A stretch of DNA of 64,000 nt, taken from assembly GCA_003151795.1 (NCBI GenBank), contig PLYL01000024.1, forward strand, positions 4,953 through 68,952, read 5' to 3'. Of this stretch, positions 21,952-31,797 are shown one piece after another. The translations under genes were made by a program, and so were the position numbers. Position 1 is the first letter of the stretch, and each line of letters begins with the position of its first letter. Under the pieces are notes generated by a model that saw only the letters and a list, made by a program, of their open reading frames with translations, made no database searches and had not been told where the DNA came from. Source of the DNA: Candidatus Yanofskybacteria bacterium (GTDB lineage: Bacteria > Patescibacteriota > Minisyncoccia > 2-02-FULL-40-12 > GWA2-44-9).

Positions 21952-22800
21952 ATGAAAAAGAAGATAATAAAAAAACCTGTAGCTAAAAAAGTGGTATCCG
22001 CATCATCTTTGCAGAGCATACGTTTTTTGGCAGAGCAACTGGGTGAAATTATTCCGGCTACTTCAATGAATAAAACCGGTTTTTGTTTCACCACTCTCGC
22101 GAAAGAATACAAACTTAAAAAATACTGGGAGAATAAAGGTCAAAAGAAAGAATCAATTGCCAGTTTTCTTAAGCTGGTCTACAAAAAACATCCGAGGGTA
22201 TTAAAGAAACTCATCAGGGAAAACCTGTCACGAGCTATTGAGCGAAGACATAAAAACGGAAACCCGATTTTAAGACAAGAGGCGGATAATCTAAGCACAA
22301 CCTTATTTAAACTAAATATTGATTTAAAAAAGGAAATTGGAGAATTGGATTTACCGACTACCAGACCGAGCATAGTCCCTCCTAGAATCGAGATGCAAAA
22401 AGCACTTGGCGTGCTAAGTCTTCATCCTATGTTATTGCCAGACTGTAAGAAACTTTTTGACGACGGACACCTTAATGAATCGGTGAGAAAAGCTCTAGAA
22501 AAATATGAGGTCTATGTCAGAGATAGCTCGGGTTTAAGTCTTATGGGAACCAACCTTATGGAACAAGCTTTTAGTGAAAAGGGTTCTAAGATTTCAATAA
22601 GCAACGATCCTGATGTTAGGAGGAAGGAAGGTCTACAAACAGGATTCAAAGATATATCCCGCGGTGCAATGGAATATTGGAAGAACTATGCTTCTCATGG
22701 CGATGAAGAGCAAATGCCGGCACAGGATGCTATCGCGATACTCGGTGTCGTCAGTCATCTTTTGTATGTAGTGCAAAAAAGTAAAGAAACAACTATATGA
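21952..22800 (+). CDS. Hypothetical protein between hsdM and hsdS (TIGR02391-like; possible HEPN-type RNxxxH motif KNYASH)
   Basis: Lies between hsdM and hsdS: it starts 2 bp after the hsdM stop and overlaps hsdS by 4 bp. The C-terminal region resembles proteins found embedded in type I R-M loci. Confidence 0.4.
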   Translation: MKKKIIKKPVAKKVVSASSLQSIRFLAEQLGEIIPATSMNKTGFCFTTLAKEYKLKKYWENKGQKKESIASFLKLVYKKHPRVLKKLIRENLSRAIERRHKNGNPILRQEADNLSTTLFKLNIDLKKEIGELDLPTTRPSIVPPRIEMQKALGVLSLHPMLLPDCKKLFDDGHLNESVRKALEKYEVYVRDSSGLSLMGTNLMEQAFSEKGSKISISNDPDVRRKEGLQTGFKDISRGAMEYWKNYASHGDEEQMPAQDAIAILGVVSHLLYVVQKSKETTI

Positions 22801-24032
22801 GTAAATTATTAGAACAAATAAATATATCTGACAAAAAACTTTTTCAACTAAAAGATCTGTTTGATATTGGCCCACAGTATGGATATACAGAAAGTGCTAG
22901 TAAAGATAAGATTGGTCCTAGATTTTTAAGAATCACGGATATTCAAGGGAATATTGTTGATTGGGAAACAGTACCATATTGTAAAATACCCGAAAAAGAT
23001 AAAAGTAAATATCTTTTAAAAAAAGATGATCTTGTCTTCGCTCGTACTGGGGCGACGACAGGAATGAGTTACTTCATTGATTCAGATTTGAGTGAAGATG
23101 CTGTTTTTGCTTCTTATCTCATTCGTCTTCGTTTTAATAAAAAAATGTGTTCTCCCGAGTTGCTTAAATACTTTTTTCAGTCAAGAAATTATTGGGGCCA
23201 AGTCAATGGATCGCTATCAGGTAGCGCACAGCCTGGTATAAATGCAGTCACGCTTTCAGAAATGTATGTAAAGCTTCCTGTAGATCTACCAACCCAAAAG
23301 AAAATCGCGGAAATACTATCTGCCTATGATGCAAAAATTGAGAACAACAACAAAGAAATTAAATGGCTCGAGGAATTAGCTCAAATCACTTTCAATGAAT
23401 GGTTTGTAGCCTTTCGTTTTCCGGGTTGGGAGAAATTAAAAATGATTGATAGTGAGGTGGGGAAAATTCCGGAAGGGTGGAGCATGCAAATAGTATCAGG
23501 TGTTGCCAAAGTAATACTCGGGGGTACACCATCTCGAGAAAGGCCTGAATACTGGAGTGGTAACATCCCATGGATTAATTCTGGTGAAGTAAATAAACTT
23601 CGTGTTATCGATGCAACCGAATATATAACCGAGACTGGTTTAAAGAATTCTAATGCTCAGTTAATGAAGGCCGGGACTGTCTTAATAGCCATAACCGGAG
23701 CCACTCTTGGCCAAGTTAGCAGGCTGGAAATTGACTCAGCTGCCAATCAATCAGTTGTTGGAATATTTGATAAATCAGAAAAAATTAATGAGTTTCTATA
23801 TTTATTTATAAAGAAAAATATCCCCGACTTAATATTGGGTGCATCTGGTGGTGCACAGCAACACATAAACAAGCAGATGGTGAGTGAATACGGAATCCTT
23901 ATCCCCAATGAAAAGGTTCTTTCCGATTTTAGATCAAAGATATCTCCAATTTTCTTTCAAATTAGAAACTTAATTTTTGAGAACATGTCACTTCAAAAAT
24001 CAAGAGACCGCCTTCTTGAAAAACTCATATGA
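22797..24032 (+). CDS. hsdS: Type I R-M specificity subunit HsdS (two target-recognition domains)
   Basis: 411 aa at the hsdS position, with a duplicated target-recognition-domain structure and conserved central and C-terminal coiled-coil repeats. Confidence 0.85.
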   Translation: MSKLLEQINISDKKLFQLKDLFDIGPQYGYTESASKDKIGPRFLRITDIQGNIVDWETVPYCKIPEKDKSKYLLKKDDLVFARTGATTGMSYFIDSDLSEDAVFASYLIRLRFNKKMCSPELLKYFFQSRNYWGQVNGSLSGSAQPGINAVTLSEMYVKLPVDLPTQKKIAEILSAYDAKIENNNKEIKWLEELAQITFNEWFVAFRFPGWEKLKMIDSEVGKIPEGWSMQIVSGVAKVILGGTPSRERPEYWSGNIPWINSGEVNKLRVIDATEYITETGLKNSNAQLMKAGTVLIAITGATLGQVSRLEIDSAANQSVVGIFDKSEKINEFLYLFIKKNIPDLILGASGGAQQHINKQMVSEYGILIPNEKVLSDFRSKISPIFFQIRNLIFENMSLQKSRDRLLEKLI

Positions 24033-27000
24033 ATCCTCTAAACGAAAACAACCTTACCGAGCAATCTCTCATCGAATGGCTGAAAAGTCAGGGCTATGAG
24101 CATGCCAGGGGTCCGGAGATAAATCCTGGTCAACCAAACGCTGAGCGGGAGGATTTTCGTGGCGTTGTATTGAAAAATCGTCTTCTTGGGGCAGTCCGTC
24201 GATTAAACCCACAACTTCCGGCCCAACAAGCAGAACAGGTCGTCGATGATATCGCCGGCTATCACAATGCGGATCTCGTTCTTGGTAACAAGGAAATGTT
24301 TACTCTTATCACTGAAGGGGTTAAAAAAACTTGGCGTGAGCAAGGTGAAGAGAAAACAGAAGTCGTGAAACTGATTGATTTTACAAATACAGATGCGGAT
24401 GAATTTTTAATTGTGAACCAATTCACGGTTCAAGGCATAGACGATGTATGCCGTCTCGATGGTGTCTTATTTGTGAATGGTCTTCCGTTGATAGTTCTTG
24501 AACTAAAGAGTCCTGTTCATGGGCAAGCGACTATCGGTCAGGCATATCGGGATATAGAATATTATAAAAAAGAGATTCCAAAAATTTTCTTATACAATCA
24601 AATCGTGTGTTCAAGTGATCTTACTGAGGCTAGACATGGAACGATATCTTCTTCATGGGAACGATATGGCACATGGAAAGGTATTGAATCAGAAAACGAC
24701 ACACCTAAAGATACGGCGGAGCTTGAAGTACTCGTTAAAGGTCTTTTTAATAAAGCCCGACTACTTGATGTCATGCAGAATTTCACAATATTTGAGGCTG
24801 ATGGCGATGGTGATGCAGTGACATACACAAAAAAGATGGCTATGTACCACCAGTACTATGGAGTGAATAAAACAATTCAGAGTACTATCCGGGCAGTATC
24901 AGGAGTTCAAGATCGAAAGATTGGTGTTTTTTGGCACACACAGGGTTCTGGAAAGTCGCTCTCAATGGTTTTTTATGTGAACAAAACAAAAAGAATTCCC
25001 GAACTTAAAAGCCCTGCTTACGTATTTCTAACTGATCGAGAAGATCTAGATGATCAATTGTTTAAGACCTTCAGTCGAACTGGATATGGCACACTCGCTA
25101 AAAAGGCTTCAAGTATAAGAGATTTACGTACAAGATTGTCACATCTTGGTGGTGAGCTTATCTTCACAACCATCCAAAAATTTCAGGAAGATCCCGATGC
25201 CCACGAAGCATTAACAACTCGTGATAATATTATCGTTCTTTCTGATGAAGCTCATCGTACTCAATACAGCAATTTGGCAGGAAATGTTCGCCTGGCATTA
25301 CCAAACGCAAGTTTCTTGGGAGTAACCGGAACTCCTATAGCCCTCAACAACAAGGATACTGTTCGGGTTTTTGGTGAGGTCGTGAGTTCGTACAAAATCA
25401 GCCAATCGGTCAAAGACAAATCAACGGTACCCATTTATTATGAAGGACGACTTGTACCACTCCATCTTGCTGATAAGTTTATCGATAGTAAATTCGATGC
25501 AGTTTTGGGTGAGGTTGTTCCTGATGACTACTCACGGATGCGTAAAGAATGGGCAGTTCTCGAAGAAGTTATTGGGGCACCAAGCCGTGTCGAAAAAATC
25601 GCTGAGGATATTGTGAACCATTTTAATAATAGGCCGATTGAGGGCAAGGCTTTGATTGTGACCATGAGTCGCCGGATTGCGGTTGCGATGTATGAAGCAA
25701 TACAAAAAATACCAGGAGCGCCAGAGTGCGCGGTAGTGATTTCAAATAGTGATGAATATGCATCGTTAATTCAAAAAGAAACAGATGTTAAAAAACTTGA
25801 GAAACGATTTAAAAAAGTAAACGATCCGCTTAAAATTGCCATCGTCTGCGACATGTGGCTAACCGGTTTTGATGTGCCGTGTTTGCATACACTATATCTT
25901 GATAAGCCACTTAAAAATCATGGGCTCATGCAAGCCATTGCTCGGGTAAATCGAGTGTATAAAGATAAGCCGGGTGGTTTAGTCGTCGATTATATTGGTG
26001 TCGCCGAGAATCTTAAAAAAGCCCTGGCCTGGTATGATTCTGATATCCAACATGATGCACTTGTCCCCATCGATGAAGTTGTTGAACAGATGCACACTAT
26101 ACATTCAGAAGTAACCAAATTTTTTGGCGAGGTTAAATTTTCAGCATGGAAACAAAAAAGAGGAGTTGAATTGGCAAATCTCATGCGAGCTGGAGTGAAT
26201 GCCGTTATTACCCAAAATGGCTTTTTATCAGACGAGAAAAAGATGAAGTATATAGGGATGGTTTCTAAACTTTCAAAATTACATGCCCTGGTCATGCCTG
26301 GAGAACAAGCAATGAACTTATTGTCTAATGTTCAGTTTTTCCAAGCTGTACGTGAGTTCATAAGAAAACAAACAGTGATACCTCATGCGATATTTCCAGA
26401 GGAAACAGAGAGTGCTATTCGTAGCTTAATGCACGATTCAATTCAAGCTGAAGAAATCGTCGATCTATTTAATGTTGAAGGTGAAGAAAGAAAAAGCATT
26501 TCTATTTTCGACGAAAAATTTGTTGCTGAAATTAAGAAATCACATTATCAAAATTTTGCGATTGATTCGATTCGCAAACTTCTTGATCGAGAGATACATG
26601 CTCGCATGCGCATTAATACAGCTCGTTATGAAACCATGCTCAATCTTTTAGAAGGACTTATTGAAAAATACGAAAACAATGTTATTAGTTCTGCTGAAAT
26701 CATAAAGCAGTTACTTGAAATTGCTGATGAAATTAAGAAACTAGATCAAGGAAGTAAAGATACGGGTCTTTCTTATGATGAGCTAGTTTTTTACGATACT
26801 TTGGCGAGTGATCCAGAACTCAAGAAAGCTGGCATTGATATTAAAAAGTTTGTAAAAGATCTCACGAAACGTATTCGTCGAGATCTTGCCATAGACTGGA
26901 CAAACAACGAAACTATAAAAGCCCGTATTCGTCAAAATGTACGGTTACTCTTGCTTCAAAAAGGATTTGTGGAACAAATTCAAACAGAGCGGCTGATAGA

Positions 27001-27052
27001 ATCTATATATCTGGAGACCGTGAGAGTGTACCGTGAGTATTTACCTGCATAA
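24029..27052 (+). CDS. hsdR: Type I restriction enzyme R subunit HsdR (SF2 helicase plus N-terminal nuclease)
   Basis: 1007 aa with a Walker A (TQGSGKS), a DEAH box (VLSDEAHRTQ), an N-terminal PD-(D/E)xK region, and 4-bp overlap with hsdS. Confidence 0.9.
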   Translation: MNPLNENNLTEQSLIEWLKSQGYEHARGPEINPGQPNAEREDFRGVVLKNRLLGAVRRLNPQLPAQQAEQVVDDIAGYHNADLVLGNKEMFTLITEGVKKTWREQGEEKTEVVKLIDFTNTDADEFLIVNQFTVQGIDDVCRLDGVLFVNGLPLIVLELKSPVHGQATIGQAYRDIEYYKKEIPKIFLYNQIVCSSDLTEARHGTISSSWERYGTWKGIESENDTPKDTAELEVLVKGLFNKARLLDVMQNFTIFEADGDGDAVTYTKKMAMYHQYYGVNKTIQSTIRAVSGVQDRKIGVFWHTQGSGKSLSMVFYVNKTKRIPELKSPAYVFLTDREDLDDQLFKTFSRTGYGTLAKKASSIRDLRTRLSHLGGELIFTTIQKFQEDPDAHEALTTRDNIIVLSDEAHRTQYSNLAGNVRLALPNASFLGVTGTPIALNNKDTVRVFGEVVSSYKISQSVKDKSTVPIYYEGRLVPLHLADKFIDSKFDAVLGEVVPDDYSRMRKEWAVLEEVIGAPSRVEKIAEDIVNHFNNRPIEGKALIVTMSRRIAVAMYEAIQKIPGAPECAVVISNSDEYASLIQKETDVKKLEKRFKKVNDPLKIAIVCDMWLTGFDVPCLHTLYLDKPLKNHGLMQAIARVNRVYKDKPGGLVVDYIGVAENLKKALAWYDSDIQHDALVPIDEVVEQMHTIHSEVTKFFGEVKFSAWKQKRGVELANLMRAGVNAVITQNGFLSDEKKMKYIGMVSKLSKLHALVMPGEQAMNLLSNVQFFQAVREFIRKQTVIPHAIFPEETESAIRSLMHDSIQAEEIVDLFNVEGEERKSISIFDEKFVAEIKKSHYQNFAIDSIRKLLDREIHARMRINTARYETMLNLLEGLIEKYENNVISSAEIIKQLLEIADEIKKLDQGSKDTGLSYDELVFYDTLASDPELKKAGIDIKKFVKDLTKRIRRDLAIDWTNNETIKARIRQNVRLLLLQKGFVEQIQTERLIESIYLETVRVYREYLPA

Positions 27053-29000
27053 AATTATGACTACTGCACAACAACTAACAGCTATCAACTTAAGATATGG
27101 AACCGTAGCAAAGTCTTTGAAGACCCTTGCTTTTAGTGACCTTTCTGCAAAGGCATTATATTTACTAGGAAAGCCTGCCCGGTTAGATGAGGTAAGTAAG
27201 TCGGTCGCTCAAATAATTGGCGTACGCTCCTTATCAAATGATTTAGTACTTAAAGGACTTCAGGAATTAAAGAATGACCGAAAGGCAATGGTATCGAAAG
27301 ATCTTTGGGAGCTTCTTGAACAGACAAGTAAGGATATCAAAAAACAGATTGAATCTTTGGAGACGTCTCTCTTGTCTGTATTGAAGAGGAATTTTCCGGC
27401 GGATATTGAATTAAATCTTCTAACCAACTGGTTTATTGATGTCATATCCGATTTCTTCATCTATAACGGAGATGAATGGGTTCAGTCTATATGTAAAGGA
27501 TCAAGTAATTTTACAAAATTAAAAACTTTTGATGAGCTTCTGGAACCATCCATCAAAAAACATAAACTAACCCTACATATTAATGAACTAAAAAATTCTT
27601 TTAGTGGTTTCCTGAATAGCTCTAACAAAGACGATCAGTTTTATATTGTGAATATTGGCTATGCAATGTTTTCAGCTAGATTGGTTGCAGCCGATGTTGG
27701 AGCAGACCCTATTGCTTTGGAGGAGCTTCAAAATGCTAGTTTCTTTTTAGACACGAACTTTTTCTATGCTTTACAATTAGAAAAGAATCGGCTTGCCACA
27801 TCACTAGAAGCACTAGGCGAAGCTCTCAAAGAGATTGGTGCTAAATTATTTTTTATTCACGAAACCGAAGAAGAATATAAGCGTGTTTGGTCTGGAAGGA
27901 GATTAGAAGTACTGAGACTACTTGATATCTATCCCAACGATGTGGTTTCTGCCGCTGATGATAGTTTTGTTTCTACGGCTCTAGCTCGTGGTTGTTTAAA
28001 TAAATCTGATTTCGAAGTATTCTTTGATTCAGTACAGCAATTACCTCAAAAAATGGTTGAGGGACTCCCTATTACTAAAATTGATGACAAGGAGGTAAAT
28101 AAAATTGTCCTAAAAGCAAAACAAGACGGAGGATTAAAAGATTTCGTTCAGAGATGGTCTCTTAAAATGAGGCCACTTTGGAATAGACATCCAAAATCTA
28201 ACGCTGCTTTAGGGCACGATGCTTCTTTGATTATGGTCGTTGAGAGTGAAAGACAAATCGAAAAGAAGACTTTTATTCTCACACTAGATCGAAGCTTGCA
28301 AGCCTGTTGCGCAGAAAGAGCAGGTAATCATAATCTTCCAGTAGCTATTTATCTTGAAGGACTTATACAAATCCTTGCAGCAAATAACGCTGGCCCCGGT
28401 ATTGATGCTTCAAATTTCGCACCATTACTAACGAGCATAATCCTAAAGAGGTGTATCCCTCCAGAGCAAATGTATAGTCTTCAAGACTTACACTGGTTAT
28501 ATGGAATCCAGAAAAATGTTGCAAAGTTTAAGCCAAGTAAAATTAAACAAATTGCTCTTGAAGTAACAAGAGCGCGTCTTTCTGGTAAGACCGCCACCGA
28601 CGATGCCCTTCAAAGGATTGTGAATCGTTTGTATCAGGAAGAAATACAGTCTACCTCCAGAGAGGTATCTGAGGCCATGGCTAGAGCGCAATCGGCCGAA
28701 CAGGACGCTCTTAGGGAAAAGACTTTGCGTAAACAAGCAGACTCTAAATTACAAATGTATGAAAGAAAAAATAATTTACGGATTGCAAAATTTAAACTCA
28801 TTAAAACTTTGGCTTGGCGCACTCCGGTTAGCTTGGCTATAGGGTACCTTGGCTTTTATTTAGCGTCTATATCAGTTAACCAAAGTAGCCCGTTGGACAT
28901 AGTGTTGGGACTCGTAGCTTTTTTGGGGGCTTCGTATGCTATCCTGTCAAAACCAATAAAAGCGTACATGGTTGTTCGTGGAGAAAATCGGTCCTCCTAG
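27033..29000 (+). CDS. Large hypothetical protein translationally coupled to hsdR; PIN-like motif plus a C-terminal coiled coil and two transmembrane helices
   Basis: Overlaps the hsdR stop by 20 bp. A central FFLDTNFF segment resembles the PIN-domain first strand and is followed by acidic positions. A C-terminal hydrophobic pair (LAIGYLGFYLASI...LGLVAFLGASYAIL) is present. No confident family assignment. Confidence 0.35.
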   Translation: MSIYLHKIMTTAQQLTAINLRYGTVAKSLKTLAFSDLSAKALYLLGKPARLDEVSKSVAQIIGVRSLSNDLVLKGLQELKNDRKAMVSKDLWELLEQTSKDIKKQIESLETSLLSVLKRNFPADIELNLLTNWFIDVISDFFIYNGDEWVQSICKGSSNFTKLKTFDELLEPSIKKHKLTLHINELKNSFSGFLNSSNKDDQFYIVNIGYAMFSARLVAADVGADPIALEELQNASFFLDTNFFYALQLEKNRLATSLEALGEALKEIGAKLFFIHETEEEYKRVWSGRRLEVLRLLDIYPNDVVSAADDSFVSTALARGCLNKSDFEVFFDSVQQLPQKMVEGLPITKIDDKEVNKIVLKAKQDGGLKDFVQRWSLKMRPLWNRHPKSNAALGHDASLIMVVESERQIEKKTFILTLDRSLQACCAERAGNHNLPVAIYLEGLIQILAANNAGPGIDASNFAPLLTSIILKRCIPPEQMYSLQDLHWLYGIQKNVAKFKPSKIKQIALEVTRARLSGKTATDDALQRIVNRLYQEEIQSTSREVSEAMARAQSAEQDALREKTLRKQADSKLQMYERKNNLRIAKFKLIKTLAWRTPVSLAIGYLGFYLASISVNQSSPLDIVLGLVAFLGASYAILSKPIKAYMVVRGENRSS

Positions 29001-29054
29001 TGGGCATCTTGTCTTACATATTTCCAAACTCAATCTTAGGTAATAAAAAATTAA

Positions 29055-29807
29055 ATGTCTAAATACTACAATCCCAATCGTAAGAGAAATATGTACGAAC
29101 CGAGCTCGAAGGAGCCGTTTCGGCTTAGTCGCTCAAAGATAGATTTATTTTTGAATTGCCCGCGGTGTTTCTATATGGATAGACGACTTGGGGTCGGACA
29201 GCCACCAGGATATCCGTTCAGTCTCAATTCTGCGGTAGATAAGCTTTTAAAGAAGGAGTTTGATATGCACCGAGCCAAAGGGACAGCCCATCCTCTGATG
29301 AAGGCTTATGGCCTTGAGGCAGTGCCTTTTGCACATGATAAAATTGACGAATGGCGGGACTCTTTGCGACGTGGTATTACATATCATGATGTAGTCACTA
29401 ATCTACTCATCACTGGCGGTGTAGACGATGTCTGGGTTGATCTACAGGGCAAGCTGATGATTGTAGACTATAAGGCAACTTCAAAAGAAGCCGAGGTCAC
29501 CCTAGATGCCGACTGGCAGATTGGCTATAAGCGTCAGATGGAAGTATACCAATGGCTATTCAGAAAGAACGGCTTTAAAGTTTCCAGTACCGGCTACTTT
29601 GTATATTGTAATGGGATAACAGACAAAAAAGCTTTTGATGCCAAACTGGAATTTGATGTTAAGGTTATTCCTTATACTGGCGATGATTCATGGGTGGAAG
29701 GCACTATTCTTGGAATTAAAAAATGCCTTGATGGTGCAATGCCAGACTCAAATCCAGAGTGTGATTTTTGCAGTTATCGAAAAGCGGTAAGCGAGGTAGA
29801 TAAATAA
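29055..29807 (+). CDS. Cas4-like PD-(D/E)xK nuclease with four-Cys cluster (no CRISPR context)
   Basis: N-terminal CPRC plus C-terminal CDFC (the Cas4/AddB-type 4-Cys arrangement) and a PD-(D/E)xK core (VDDVWVDL...IVDYK). Confidence 0.55.
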   Translation: MSKYYNPNRKRNMYEPSSKEPFRLSRSKIDLFLNCPRCFYMDRRLGVGQPPGYPFSLNSAVDKLLKKEFDMHRAKGTAHPLMKAYGLEAVPFAHDKIDEWRDSLRRGITYHDVVTNLLITGGVDDVWVDLQGKLMIVDYKATSKEAEVTLDADWQIGYKRQMEVYQWLFRKNGFKVSSTGYFVYCNGITDKKAFDAKLEFDVKVIPYTGDDSWVEGTILGIKKCLDGAMPDSNPECDFCSYRKAVSEVDK

Positions 29808-29814
29808 TAAATTT

Positions 29815-30186
29815 ATGGCAAACAAATATGGCATACCAAATAAGGTGGAAAAAAAGATACGCAAAAGAGACATGCCGTATTGTGTTTATTGTCATAAGAG
29901 AATGACTATCCCTAAAAGAGGTGGCTCAAGGAGGAACTGGGCAACAATAGAACATCTTAATGAAAGAGGTCCAGATTTTTGGGATGAAAAGTGGAATGGA
30001 ATAAGACTGAACGAAAACAATTTGGCAATTTGTTGTTTTAGCTGTAATGCTAGCAGAGGTCAGCTAAACTTGTATAAATGGTTCACATCTTCTTATTGCA
30101 TGGATAGAAAGGTAAAGATAGGTAAAAATACCGTCGCATCTCCAGTAAAAAAGTTTCTTCGAAAATATATTTATAGTAAGCAATGA
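29815..30186 (+). CDS. HNH endonuclease
   Basis: CxxC...H...N...CxxC arrangement (CVYCHK ... IEHLNERG ... CCFSCNASRG); 123 aa. Confidence 0.6.
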   Translation: MANKYGIPNKVEKKIRKRDMPYCVYCHKRMTIPKRGGSRRNWATIEHLNERGPDFWDEKWNGIRLNENNLAICCFSCNASRGQLNLYKWFTSSYCMDRKVKIGKNTVASPVKKFLRKYIYSKQ

Positions 30187-31400
30187 TTTATAAACATCAA
30201 TATTTCAAGCTAGATACGGAGAAGAAAAAGCTCTTTGACCACCACGGAGAAGAGACATTTATTTCCGGCACCTCTAAGGTTTTTAAGTTACTGGAATATT
30301 TATGCGAAAGTTATCCTGCTAGCGTTACCATAACCAACATAAACGATCATGTCGATCCATTACAAAGCGATGTAGAGATCAGAGAGGATAATGTTCGTAA
30401 TATGCGTAATGAGATAAGAAAAGCACTCCGCCAAGATTTAATTAAATATGAAAATCACGTCTATTCTATAATCGGTCGGGTAGAGAAATTTGAAAAAGAG
30501 CCAGAGAATAAAGACCTCCCAGTTCAGGGGAAAACAGAAATTATTTCTAGACGAATCAACAAGCGCGTATTATTAGTAACCGTTGCCATCGTCTTACTAG
30601 TTATTGGTGTATTAATTTTTATTCAATATAAAAAGGGGGCTTTTTCTCTGAAGCCAGTGAATGACATGGTTTTAATTCCGGCTGGCAAGTTTCTAATGGG
30701 AAGCACCGATGCGCAGATAACTCAAGGATACAATTTATGCCAAGAACAAAACCAGTGTTCCCTGCAAGACTACCAATCAGAATATCCTCAACATGAAGTA
30801 TCGTTACCTAATTTTTATATTGATCGGAAGGAAGTATCAAATGCTGACTATGCTCTTTTTATGAAAGCGAAAAAAGTAGCCGCGCCTCAATATTGGAATG
30901 ATTCAGACCTTAATAGTGCCAATCAACCAGTAGTTGGAGTTAATTGGAATGATGCTACAAATTATTGTCAGTGGCTCAGTGAACGATTACCGACTGAAGC
31001 CGAATGGGAGAAAACGGCCAGAGGAACTGATGGCAGGATATGGCCATGGGGAAACACTTGGGATGGCTCAAAACTTAATCATGGTAAGGGTGGAATGCCT
31101 GGATTGGATGCTAGTGATGGCTATTTATATACCGCTCCTGTGGGGGCTGATTTGGGCGTAAGCCCCTACGGAGTCCTAGATATGGCCGGCAATGTTGATG
31201 AATGGGTTTTTGATACTTTTAATCCATATCCGGGTAACGACAAATATGCCAACTCTCAGTATAATAAAGGTCTTAAGATTGTCCGAGGTGGGTCATATGA
31301 GGAAGATTCAAGTATCCAAAGAAGTGCCAGTAGAACAGTATGGCAACCTAGTAATAATGACGAAGCCACTGGTTTTCGTTGTGCGAAAGACGCGAAGTAA
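30183..31400 (+). CDS. Membrane-anchored CadC/OmpR-type winged-helix regulator fused to an FGE-sulfatase (SUMF1/EgtB-like) domain
   Basis: N-terminal trans_reg_C-like wHTH pattern, one transmembrane helix (LLVTVAIVLLVIGVLIFI), and a C-terminal FGE-sulfatase domain (NVDEWVFD, RGGSYEED, GFRCAKD). Confidence 0.6.
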   Translation: MIYKHQYFKLDTEKKKLFDHHGEETFISGTSKVFKLLEYLCESYPASVTITNINDHVDPLQSDVEIREDNVRNMRNEIRKALRQDLIKYENHVYSIIGRVEKFEKEPENKDLPVQGKTEIISRRINKRVLLVTVAIVLLVIGVLIFIQYKKGAFSLKPVNDMVLIPAGKFLMGSTDAQITQGYNLCQEQNQCSLQDYQSEYPQHEVSLPNFYIDRKEVSNADYALFMKAKKVAAPQYWNDSDLNSANQPVVGVNWNDATNYCQWLSERLPTEAEWEKTARGTDGRIWPWGNTWDGSKLNHGKGGMPGLDASDGYLYTAPVGADLGVSPYGVLDMAGNVDEWVFDTFNPYPGNDKYANSQYNKGLKIVRGGSYEEDSSIQRSASRTVWQPSNNDEATGFRCAKDAK

Positions 31401-31421
31401 TTATATATAAATCAGTTATTT

Positions 31422-31456
31422 CCGCCGAACTTCGGGTGAAGTTCGGCGGTTTTGTT
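31422..31456 (+). terminator. Intrinsic terminator
   Basis: 12-bp perfect stem (ccgccgaacttc / gaagttcggcgg) with a 4-nt loop, followed by ttttgtt. Confidence 0.65.
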
Positions 31457-31533
31457 ATTTTGTGACCGATGATCATAAGTTCAGGTTCTCGCGGACCGGT
31501 CGATTGCTCTAAATCATCGAAAAACAAATAAAA

Positions 31534-31797
31534 ATGATAATAATCATAGCTTACAAATTAAATAACCCCAGCAAAGACTATATGCCCCTTTATACCTCAA
31601 TTAAGTCGCTTGCTTCTAACTGGTGGCGCTCATTCGACTCGCTTTGGTTAATTCATACCAATCTTAGCCCGATCGAAATAAAGGAATCGCTAGTATCTAA
31701 CCTAGATTCAAAAGACGAGATTATAGTGGCGCGAGTGGATGGAGAAATCACCGGCTACATATCTGCTGAATTACATGATTGGCTTAAAAATAATTAA
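31534..31797 (+). CDS. Hypothetical small protein
   Basis: 87-aa ORF; weak support. Confidence 0.25.
   Translation: MIIIIAYKLNNPSKDYMPLYTSIKSLASNWWRSFDSLWLIHTNLSPIEIKESLVSNLDSKDEIIVARVDGEITGYISAELHDWLKNN

Noticed and set aside
29055-29807. Cas4-like nuclease as evidence for a CRISPR-Cas locus
   Set aside because: There is no repeat-spacer array and no cas1 or cas2 anywhere in the window. Stand-alone Cas4-like nucleases are common in phages and defence islands.
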